Origin: a virus | Virus record (IMG/VR): IMGVR_UViG_3300029199_000001 | Reading direction: 5' to 3' (one strand) | DNA: 64,000 nt | Part shown: positions 8,661 through 15,847 of the stretch, piece by piece | Numbering within the stretch: the stretch's first letter is position 1 | Layout of the letters: the number at the start of each line of letters is the position of its first letter | Made by a program: the position numbers and the translations under genes | The notes under the pieces: model-generated | What the model was told of the DNA's origin: nothing | Database searches by the model: none | The model's input: the letters and a program-made list of their open reading frames with translations, nothing else

Positions 8661-10451
8661 ATGCCACAGGTCACCCCTGATAAACGCCCGGCGTATTACA
8701 CCGGGTCTGTAACCATCAACTGGACATTCACCTCGGATGTGACGGAAGTGGCGTTTAACACCAACGGTATCCCACCGGCCATTTCCAAGTACATCGCCTA
8801 CGACACGTTGAACCCACCGAACCCGTTCATCGCCGTCACCCAAGACGGTCGGGGCAATGTGGTGTATGACGGCGGTTTCCCTAAGTTCTATAACAACAAG
8901 GCACCAGCGTCGACCGTTAACAGTTTCTCAGGCCTGAACGCCAGTTTTAAATACTTGTACAACGCATTGAACTTTGTGGCCAATCCGGAGAAGGTTGCGG
9001 CAGGAAACCGTAAGGTACTGCTGTTAGGTGACGCCCATGGGACGAGTAGTTATCAAGTGAAGGGAACACGATCTTCGGATTTCCGGACCAGTTTTGAGCG
9101 TTTGGCAGCAGTCGCTGGGTACGACATTACCATCAAAGACGGGTCGGATTACGGTGGGTCACTGGATGCCCGCCTGGCTGAATTGGATCAATACTGCTGC
9201 GTCATCTACATGTCCTCCCGTTACGCGTCAGATTGGCAGGGCTCGATCACCGAAGCTTGTGTGTCGGATCTGGTCAGTTACCGGTACCAGGGCAACGGAC
9301 TGATCATCATCACCGACCACGGGAACTACCCCTCCAGTTTGGAAACGGCGGCTTACTCAAGCACGGGGTTTTTCGTAGGGGCGAACCGACTGATTGTGAA
9401 CTTTGGCGCGTACTTCAAAGGCAACTACGACCGTACGTCGGTGAACGTGGGGTTCTTACGTAACAACTACGGTGATCACCCACTGTACAATGGCATGGCG
9501 GGCTCGGAATACATCTCTGCAGGCGGTTCTGAGAGTCAGGTGGTGGTCACTGAGACACCCACCATGGCCCCAGGCAATTTCCCACCCACCGTACTTGACC
9601 AACCCGGTCAGTACGACTTGAACTTCCTGATGCTCACCGCGTCCGGCGAAGTTGCCACGGTTCGGTATGCCTATACGGTCGGCGAAGGGAACTTCCTGTT
9701 TGTGGAGATGATGGACGGACCCAATGACACTCAGTCCATGAAAACCCCGCACCGTCGGTTTGTCTACCCCCTACACAACAGCAAACCTAGTTTTGGGACA
9801 CTGCAAGGTGAAGTGTTGGTGAATGACATCCCGGTGGGCGAGTTCAACGTGGATGATAACGGCACCACTTATAAATGGTACGCTGGTCCTGGAGCTGGGT
9901 TTCCCATCGACAATGGGCCGCAGGCATTCACACTCCACGTCACCACCCCAGTGCTGTATTACTTGGATCTGACCATTGAGGGCTTACCGCCTCAGTCGTT
10001 GGTGGCTCTTCCAGAAGTCGTCACCCCAGCCAGACTCGCTAAATGGTTGGATGTCTACGATTTCACAGCAGTGCCCGACCGACAGCGTTTGCGGGCGTTC
10101 GCGGAACAGGCGACCCAAACATTGACGCAGGGTCCACAGGTCATCGACGCAGCCCGTCAGAAACTGGCGATTGACCGATACCTACAACCCGTGCCCGAGT
10201 TTGGACTCTACGTTTTCCAATCCACGACGGAGTTCAGCAATGGTCGCGGAGTCATCCCAAGCGACCACGTGTCCGCCATTGTGGTGGAAGGCACCAACAT
10301 ATACCTCTACAAGCGCACAGGAAGCTCTTGGGAGCGGGTTACGGACGTAACCAACTTCTCGTACCTGTTTGGTAACTCGGCCCGTGTGCGGGCTCTGAAC
10401 ACCGGTGTCGTCTATCAGTACACAACCGCCGGTGGTTTGGTGGTCGCCTAA
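8661..10451 (+). CDS. putative tail fibre/virion structural protein (~596 aa)
   Basis: AGGAG RBS; G/N/S/T/Y-rich; C-terminal motif similar to the 52-55 kb fibre-like proteins. Confidence 0.55.
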   Translation: MPQVTPDKRPAYYTGSVTINWTFTSDVTEVAFNTNGIPPAISKYIAYDTLNPPNPFIAVTQDGRGNVVYDGGFPKFYNNKAPASTVNSFSGLNASFKYLYNALNFVANPEKVAAGNRKVLLLGDAHGTSSYQVKGTRSSDFRTSFERLAAVAGYDITIKDGSDYGGSLDARLAELDQYCCVIYMSSRYASDWQGSITEACVSDLVSYRYQGNGLIIITDHGNYPSSLETAAYSSTGFFVGANRLIVNFGAYFKGNYDRTSVNVGFLRNNYGDHPLYNGMAGSEYISAGGSESQVVVTETPTMAPGNFPPTVLDQPGQYDLNFLMLTASGEVATVRYAYTVGEGNFLFVEMMDGPNDTQSMKTPHRRFVYPLHNSKPSFGTLQGEVLVNDIPVGEFNVDDNGTTYKWYAGPGAGFPIDNGPQAFTLHVTTPVLYYLDLTIEGLPPQSLVALPEVVTPARLAKWLDVYDFTAVPDRQRLRAFAEQATQTLTQGPQVIDAARQKLAIDRYLQPVPEFGLYVFQSTTEFSNGRGVIPSDHVSAIVVEGTNIYLYKRTGSSWERVTDVTNFSYLFGNSARVRALNTGVVYQYTTAGGLVVA

Positions 10452-10452
10452 C

Positions 10453-10488
10453 GACATAAGCCCTCCCCGAATGGGGAGGGTATTATGC
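10453..10488. terminator. hairpin between convergent genes, GACATAA/TTATG-flanked
   Basis: CCCTCCCC-GAAT-GGGGAGGG. Confidence 0.7.
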
Positions 10489-10490
10489 GG

Positions 10491-10925
10491 TTACTCAGCA
10501 ATGCCGTTGGCGGCCAACCAGCTTTTACGGATGGCGCGGGCATCATGTAGGGCGTTGTGTGGTACGGCCGAAGCTTTGGCACTGCATTCCTCATCGACTT
10601 CCATGGTTAAGGGTTGGACCTCAAACCATTCTCCTGCACCGGTAATCACCGCGTTACAGAAGTGCTTGATGTCGTCCGGGTAGTCGGCGGTCACGTGAAC
10701 CGCTGGGAACTGACCCAGGAACTTTTTCAACCGGTCCTGAAACTCCACCAGTGGAATGGGGTCTTTCTCTAGGATCGGCATGACGTTTTCTTTGACCCAC
10801 GGGTCGATGGCTTCGGAGCATTCGACCACTTCATAGAACTCACGTTCCCCGTCTTCACTGACCAGTGCCATGGAAATCAATCCACCGCCCATACTGTTAA
10901 ATTCACAATCGATAAACAACTGCAT
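10491..10925 (-). CDS. 3'-5' exoribonuclease (DEDDh, Rv2179c-like)
   Basis: FIDCEFN, ISMALVSEDG and HNALHDA motifs. Confidence 0.85.
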   Translation of the reverse strand: MQLFIDCEFNSMGGGLISMALVSEDGEREFYEVVECSEAIDPWVKENVMPILEKDPIPLVEFQDRLKKFLGQFPAVHVTADYPDDIKHFCNAVITGAGEWFEVQPLTMEVDEECSAKASAVPHNALHDARAIRKSWLAANGIAE

Positions 10926-10988
10926 TAGGACATCCTTACTTGATAGGTTTGGTAATCATACTCATAACCGGGATAAATAAAAAAAAAG

Positions 10989-11339
10989 TTACAGACGATC
11001 TTTAAAGACGATCAACAACAAGCCGGCAATCACCAGTGTCATACCCAGTACTTCCACACCGGTGACGGTTTTGGCCTTTAGTACCACCACTTGAATCAAC
11101 ACACTGACTAACAACCCGGTTCCATAGGCGGTGACCGCCAAGGTGGGGTAACTCAGTGTTTCATAACCCCGACCATAATAGTAGGCATAACAAACTGTGG
11201 CGACGTAACTGGCTGGAAGACACATCAGTGCGATGAACAATATTGACCGAAGTTGACCGTTCGTTTGTAGTACTTTAACGGCCCAGATGTTCGGTATCTG
11301 CACAAACAACGTGGCCAGTATAATAGAAACGTAAATCAC
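10989..11339 (-). CDS. four-TM membrane protein, SMR/DMT-like
   Basis: Four hydrophobic segments in 116 aa; C-terminal LGMTLVIAGLLLI. Confidence 0.6.
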   Translation of the reverse strand: MIYVSIILATLFVQIPNIWAVKVLQTNGQLRSILFIALMCLPASYVATVCYAYYYGRGYETLSYPTLAVTAYGTGLLVSVLIQVVVLKAKTVTGVEVLGMTLVIAGLLLIVFKDRL

Positions 11340-11387
11340 AACGCCCCCTTAATGTACGATCACATCATTGGGCCGTGGGGACGCGAC

Positions 11388-11417
11388 AAAAAAAAAAGAG
11401 GACCCGAAGGTCCTCTT
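11388..11417 (-). terminator. intrinsic terminator with UUCG loop
   Basis: AAGAGGACC-UUCG-GGUCCUCUU followed by a long U-run on the minus strand. Confidence 0.85.
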
Positions 11418-11427
11418 GTTCGACGGC

Positions 11428-12060
11428 TTACATAAAGCCCATGTCTCGGACTTCATGGTTCGATTCGATCAGCAAGAAACGGACTAGGAACATGAACTGG
11501 TGTTCCGGCTGGATGGGGTATGGGTTTGGGTACATGCCGTAATTGCGTGGGTCAGGCTGTGCCCCAAACTGCTGGTATCCACCGGTCGGATCACCCATGC
11601 CCATGGTGGGCCGTGGGCCCGGCTGGTATGTGCCAAAACCGCCATTTCCAAAGCCTGGCAGCAGGTTGGCCATGATCGCAAAGAACATGTCACTGGGGAA
11701 CTCAACGTACACCACATGCGATTCACCGTTAGGGACGATCGCAAACGTGTGCTTGGGGGGTTGCCACGCGGGCTGGTCTTCATTGACATCCTCATTGACC
11801 GGTTCTTCCAAGAGACGCACATCGGAGAATACCGTGTAGCCGTCTTGAGCGATGACCTTCTCCAGTTTCTGGAGCATTGGGGCGAGTGCGTTGGTAACGT
11901 CCGCCGCCGTGAATGGACTGAGTCGGCGCTTGTCCATGATACCCCCGGCGACCATATTGCTCTGAGGCACGACCTTGGACTTCATGTGCAGAATCTCCAT
12001 GACCCGCTCGCGCAGTTCTTTAGGGGACATGCTCATGTAGTAGTTTGTGTTCATTTGCAT
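11428..12060 (-). CDS. hypothetical protein (210 aa) with P/G/Q-rich C-terminal region
   Basis: AAGGA RBS; promoter motif upstream. Confidence 0.75.
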   Translation of the reverse strand: MQMNTNYYMSMSPKELRERVMEILHMKSKVVPQSNMVAGGIMDKRRLSPFTAADVTNALAPMLQKLEKVIAQDGYTVFSDVRLLEEPVNEDVNEDQPAWQPPKHTFAIVPNGESHVVYVEFPSDMFFAIMANLLPGFGNGGFGTYQPGPRPTMGMGDPTGGYQQFGAQPDPRNYGMYPNPYPIQPEHQFMFLVRFLLIESNHEVRDMGFM

Positions 12061-12121
12061 GGTTGATTCCTTTTGTGGTTGCAGTTGTGTGTCTTTTTTT
12101 TTGAGTACTTAACTCACCTGA

Positions 12122-12130
12122 GTGATATAG
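12122..12130 (-). promoter_or_regulatory. CTATATCAC putative early promoter core
   Basis: Exact copy; 17-nt context identical to 42241-42257. Confidence 0.65.
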
Positions 12131-12144
12131 GTGTCAATTATGGA

Positions 12145-12387
12145 TCAGTCGTCCATTCCTTCGAACGCGTCCCCTTCTTCGTAAGTGTCGTTGGTGATGG
12201 CGTCATCGACATCTTCGCCAGCGGCGTAGACCTCGTCAAACACCCAATCCACCAACCAGTTTCGATCGTCATCGGTTTGATCTACCGATGTAACCCGGGC
12301 GGATTCAAACAGCTGTTCCAAGTTCTCACGCGCCTCAGCGGCGGTGGGCTCGTCTACCAAGATTTGTACCGTTGCAATAAAAGCCAT
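12145..12387 (-). CDS. acidic hypothetical protein (80 aa, MAFIATVQ...)
   Basis: ORF 12145..12498 trimmed to the ATG at 12387, with GAGGG RBS. Confidence 0.7.
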   Translation of the reverse strand: MAFIATVQILVDEPTAAEARENLEQLFESARVTSVDQTDDDRNWLVDWVFDEVYAAGEDVDDAITNDTYEEGDAFEGMDD

Positions 12388-12417
12388 GATGTGACCCTCG
12401 TTCAGATGCGGTATAGA

Positions 12418-12957
12418 GGCCTGCCCCGAAGGACAGGCCAAGATGCCATTTAAGCACCCCATAGGCGTCTTGAGTTTCGAGGCGGATCTCCGGATCACCC
12501 GCGCTGTAGAAAACGCCTACAGGCTGCCTGCTCAGGGATAGTTCCTTGTTTAGCACGAATAAGCCCAAGCGACAACTTGGCGACGACTGGTAAGGTACGT
12601 CGCCCGTACGGTTACGAGCGGTGTGACTACCAATCACACCACCCAGCAGGTGCCTAACATCTCCAACCGTAAACTCGATGAAGGGAGGCGCATGTGCCTC
12701 TTATGACTCCGTGGGAGTTTCGTTCCTTTTAACGTCGGGAACTCATCAGATAACACGACGTGTACATACCATCACACCCGGGGTAGTTTTTATGGGGTGA
12801 CGGAATAGCGGGCACCGCCGAAGCGGTGCCCGGGCTACCGTGGTTTTGGCCTTCGTAAAGACCGCATCTGTATTTGCAGATGCTTGGGACGGTAAAACCG
12901 CCTGAGTGTGTCCGCGAATCAAATTGTAAAAGATCGTGTCAGGACAGGTCTGACATA
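12418..12957 (-). ncRNA. putative large structured ncRNA/leader containing a hammerhead ribozyme
   Basis: More than 10 predicted helices, two UUCG tetraloops, G-U pairs mostly consistent with the minus strand, no credible ORF; boundaries approximate. Confidence 0.6.
12701..12761 (-). ncRNA. type I hammerhead ribozyme (predicted cleavage after GUC, between 12705 and 12704)
   Basis: UUAU-CUGAUGA-GUUCC(loop)GGAAC-GAAA-CUCC(CAC)GGAG-UC-AUAA; 5' ACGUCG pairs with loop II CGACGU. Confidence 0.9.
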
Positions 12958-12980
12958 ATATTGGGGATACCCTGGAAAAG

Positions 12981-13598
12981 TTAACCATGTAGCCATTCCC
13001 GGAACTCGCCCAATTTCAGTTGCTTGTAACACTCCCACAACGGGTCGGGGTGATTGGCTTTGATCAGATCAAACAGCAGTCGGGCCACATGATCATACCA
13101 GAGGTTGAGTTCGGGAATTCCCAAACACCGTGCCAATTCGACCGCTGTCCGTGTCCCGCCTTTCACGCTCCCTTTCCCATCGGGTTCGGCGTAGTAGACG
13201 ATGAAGTCCGAAGGCAAATCTAGGTTCTCCCCCAATACCTGGTAGCCGTTTCGGCCATGCAAGTTCAGGTGTGATTCTTTGAGGTTACCACCAGCAGGGT
13301 GAATCTTCTTGGCAATTTGACGCGCGACTTCCTGGTTGGACTTCTTCCCCAAGATGCGATTCTCGGGAACATCGATGCGCCCGTTAAACCCGGGCCAAGG
13401 AAGGTAGATCTCAATCTGTTCCGATTGGCTGGTCCCGGTGGCCCGCACGGCCCCGCGTTCGAATTCCGAGTCGGAGCCGTCGGCACCGCCTGACCGAAAC
13501 CCCCAACCCAACCGGACGAGGTAGCACGCAATGAAACTGAGCAGCCGTCCCCGTGGACCGGGAATGTCACGACTGCCCACACCGGTGAAGATTTTCAT
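12981..13598 (-). CDS. SLOG-superfamily (DprA/YspA-like) protein
   Basis: FTGVGSR, FRSGGADGSD and KGGTRTAVELA motifs. Confidence 0.8.
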   Translation of the reverse strand: MKIFTGVGSRDIPGPRGRLLSFIACYLVRLGWGFRSGGADGSDSEFERGAVRATGTSQSEQIEIYLPWPGFNGRIDVPENRILGKKSNQEVARQIAKKIHPAGGNLKESHLNLHGRNGYQVLGENLDLPSDFIVYYAEPDGKGSVKGGTRTAVELARCLGIPELNLWYDHVARLLFDLIKANHPDPLWECYKQLKLGEFREWLHG

Positions 13599-13894
13599 CG
13601 ATGTCTCCAGAGAAAGTAATTCGGGTTCAGCCCAATGACATCCATGTCGGCGTTCACACAGAACTCAATGTGACACCGTTCTACTTCGTAACTGATGGGG
13701 ATGAATTCGGGCAACTGGTCTCGGGTTAACTTGATGGCGGTGTCGCCTTTGACCAACACACACCAATCGCTGAATGCCGGACACACCACCTCGTACGTCT
13801 TTTCTTTGGCGTACAGGTCGGGGCTGGTCACCAGCATGATCAGGAAGAAAACAATCAGTGCCAGAATGGCGTCGCAAATACGTTTTTTGTACAT
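13595..13894 (-). CDS. hypothetical protein with N-terminal signal/TM segment (99 aa)
   Basis: ATG at 13894 with GAGGG RBS; hydrophobic ILALIVFFLIMLV. Confidence 0.65.
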   Translation of the reverse strand: MYKKRICDAILALIVFFLIMLVTSPDLYAKEKTYEVVCPAFSDWCVLVKGDTAIKLTRDQLPEFIPISYEVERCHIEFCVNADMDVIGLNPNYFLWRHR

Positions 13895-13934
13895 GGGTCC
13901 CTCACTCGTTCTTAGTTGTTTGATGAACATAACG

Positions 13935-13960
13935 CCCTCCCTCTTCGGAGGGAGGGTTAT
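13935..13960. terminator. UUCG hairpin, CATAA/TTATG-flanked
   Basis: CCCTCCCTC-TTCG-GAGGGAGGG. Confidence 0.7.
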
Positions 13961-13965
13961 GCAGG

Positions 13966-14169
13966 TTACGCCGCCGGTTTTCGTTTTTCCACCCGCTGGT
14001 AGAACTTACGAAATTCCTTCGCGCTGATCGTAAACCGATCTTCCCGTTCCGGGCATTGCAAAACGACTTTGTCCCGGCGTAGCTCTTTCAGTATAGCATG
14101 GGTTTTCAGTCCGTGGCGCTGTTTGACGAAGAGTCGCCCGATGTTGTCTTCCAAAACTATATCCTGCAT
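13966..14169 (-). CDS. hypothetical protein (67 aa)
   Basis: ORF between tmk and the terminator. Confidence 0.6.
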   Translation of the reverse strand: MQDIVLEDNIGRLFVKQRHGLKTHAILKELRRDKVVLQCPEREDRFTISAKEFRKFYQRVEKRKPAA

Positions 14170-14202
14170 GGTTAACCTATTTACCTTGTCACAGTGTTGT
14201 TG

Positions 14203-14889
14203 TTAGGGAGACGCGGTTTGCGTATCCGCCATACTATCGAGATCAGAGTCGGTTTTGTTGGCGAGGTCTTCCACGAAGGCAAAGACGTCGTTCGCTACCG
14301 CTTCTTCGGTCTGGTTACCATCCACCGTTGCATGGTGCGGGAGATTCAAAGCAAACCCGCGCAGGGTGTCGTTGATCTTAGTGAAGAACTCTTGGGTCTC
14401 ATCGTCGATCCGATCACTACCGTCTTTACGGGCCGCTCGGCGCTGCACGCTGACCTCGTCATCGACGTCGAGGTAAACGGTCAGATGCGGGGAATGATCG
14501 CCCACCACGTTCACCATCATGTCGAAAAAGAAGCCTTCGTTGACACCGCGACCAACACATTGGTACGCGTAGGTCGTTTCAATGAACCGATCACACAGTA
14601 CCCAACGACCTTCAGCCAAGGCGGGCAGGATGCGGTTGTCCAGGTGTTGTTGGCGAGCGGCGAAAATCAACAACAGCTCAGTGTTTCCAGCCACCGGTTC
14701 GTCCCGTTTTTTCAACATGACGTCGCGGATCTCTTCGGCCATGGGGGTACCACCCGGCTCACGTGTGGTGATGTGGTCAATGCCCAGCTCGGTGAGTTTC
14801 TCGGACAGTAGTTTGAGTTGCGTGCTTTTGCCGGCACCGTCACCGCCTTCAAAAACAATGAACTGCGGTGGGAGTGATGTTAAGCTCAT
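14203..14889 (-). CDS. tmk: thymidylate kinase
   Basis: FEGGDGAGKST P-loop, TREPGGT, CDRF and AYQ motifs. Confidence 0.96.
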   Translation of the reverse strand: MSLTSLPPQFIVFEGGDGAGKSTQLKLLSEKLTELGIDHITTREPGGTPMAEEIRDVMLKKRDEPVAGNTELLLIFAARQQHLDNRILPALAEGRWVLCDRFIETTYAYQCVGRGVNEGFFFDMMVNVVGDHSPHLTVYLDVDDEVSVQRRAARKDGSDRIDDETQEFFTKINDTLRGFALNLPHHATVDGNQTEEAVANDVFAFVEDLANKTDSDLDSMADTQTASP

Positions 14890-14926
14890 GGGTAATCCTT
14901 AAACAAATGAAAAAGAAGAATGTGGA

Positions 14927-14953
14927 TAAAGGCGACCCAATGAAGGGCCGCCT
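14927..14953 (-). terminator. intrinsic terminator
   Basis: GGCGGCCC/GGGUCGCC followed by UUUAU on the minus strand. Confidence 0.7.
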
Positions 14954-14973
14954 CTTTGTCCGCGAACAGTTGA

Positions 14974-15390
14974 TTAACTGTTGATGTCGTCGAACAGTCC
15001 TTTCAGATGACGATGGACTTTACCCATCTCACCACCGTCGAGGCCTTTGACTTCAACAACGTTACGCACCGGCGTGGTGCTCTCGCGCTCGAAGTGTGCC
15101 CAGGAGGTGTTCTGGCCGTGGTTGTAGTTCACCGAGATTTCTTTCAGTTCGGGATGGGACTCGAACTTCTCAGCGGCTACCTGACCGGCCGCCAACGTGG
15201 TGGCTGCCAGCACTTCACTGTCATGCTTCTGGAGCTTCTTCACTTCGTCCAGAGTCAGACCCACCTCACCGTCTTCGAGCGTCTTCTCGTAGAAGTTCTT
15301 CGGCAGGCTGATCACACCTGATTTTTCGTCGAACTTCATCTTGTCGGAGATGCCAAACTTCTCGACGGATTTTTCGGTCTTAAGTGCCAT
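14974..15390 (-). CDS. hypothetical early protein (138 aa, MALKTEK...)
   Basis: ATG at 15390 after AAGAGAG; promoter motif upstream. Confidence 0.75.
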   Translation of the reverse strand: MALKTEKSVEKFGISDKMKFDEKSGVISLPKNFYEKTLEDGEVGLTLDEVKKLQKHDSEVLAATTLAAGQVAAEKFESHPELKEISVNYNHGQNTSWAHFERESTTPVRNVVEVKGLDGGEMGKVHRHLKGLFDDINS

Positions 15391-15498
15391 GTTACGGTTC
15401 TCTCTTTTTTGCAGTTGGTTTAGACTCATGAGTCGAGGCGTGTACCGCCTCATAGTTGCTGCCGTATAAGTAGTTTATTACAGCGGCAATGCACAGTG

Positions 15499-15507
15499 GT
15501 GATATAG
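15499..15507 (-). promoter_or_regulatory. CTATATCAC putative early promoter core
   Basis: Exact copy just downstream of a terminator. Confidence 0.65.
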
Positions 15508-15527
15508 ATCTCAAGACCGGTAGAATC

Positions 15528-15556
15528 GACATAAAGGTGGGGCCCGAAGGCCCCAC
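15528..15556 (-). terminator. UUCG terminator followed by UUUAUGUC
   Basis: GUGGGGCC-UUCG-GGCCCCAC. Confidence 0.8.
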
Positions 15557-15570
15557 AGTCTGCGTCGGCG

Positions 15571-15810
15571 TTATTTCATCAACCGATACAAACCCACGCC
15601 CAGCTCGACGGCGAGGTTGAGTTCGTTCTTCGGTTTACTCTCGCCTTCCGTTTCTTTGAGACGACGGTAGACGTGACCCCGACGGGCAAACGGGTTGTTC
15701 AGTTCTTCTTCGGCTTCCTTTACAAAGGCGAGAACGTCACGCACGCGACTGTTCTGCAACAGAAAGTAAAGAGCGGCCTTGAGAACCATTTTGATAACGA
15801 CTGTTTTCAT
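15571..15810 (-). CDS. hypothetical protein (79 aa, MKTVVIK...)
   Basis: ATG at 15810 with AAGGA RBS. Confidence 0.65.
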   Translation of the reverse strand: MKTVVIKMVLKAALYFLLQNSRVRDVLAFVKEAEEELNNPFARRGHVYRRLKETEGESKPKNELNLAVELGVGLYRLMK

Positions 15811-15847
15811 AGAAGGTTCCTTTAAGGAGTGATGGGTGAATGGGTTG

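Noticed and set aside
12490-12540. Second hammerhead-like fragment (CUGAGCA...GAAAC)
   Set aside because: The core deviates from CUGANGA, and no valid stem III with an NUH triplet follows.
12880-12893. CCGUCCCAAGC resembles the twister ribozyme L4 loop
   Set aside because: No correctly placed P1/UAA cleavage segment, P2 or nearby GAGGG partner was found.
12746-12988. 80-aa ORF overlapping the structured RNA (also 12335..12637)
   Set aside because: No RBS, atypical composition, and overlap with strongly structured sequence; probably spurious.
15455-15480. GTTGCTGCCGTATAAGTAG resembles the type I-F CRISPR repeat (possible RNA anti-CRISPR)
   Set aside because: Only a 10-nt core matches, the stem is mismatched and the 3' handle is absent. 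It is on the strand opposite the local promoter and is explained by a minus-strand leader hairpin.
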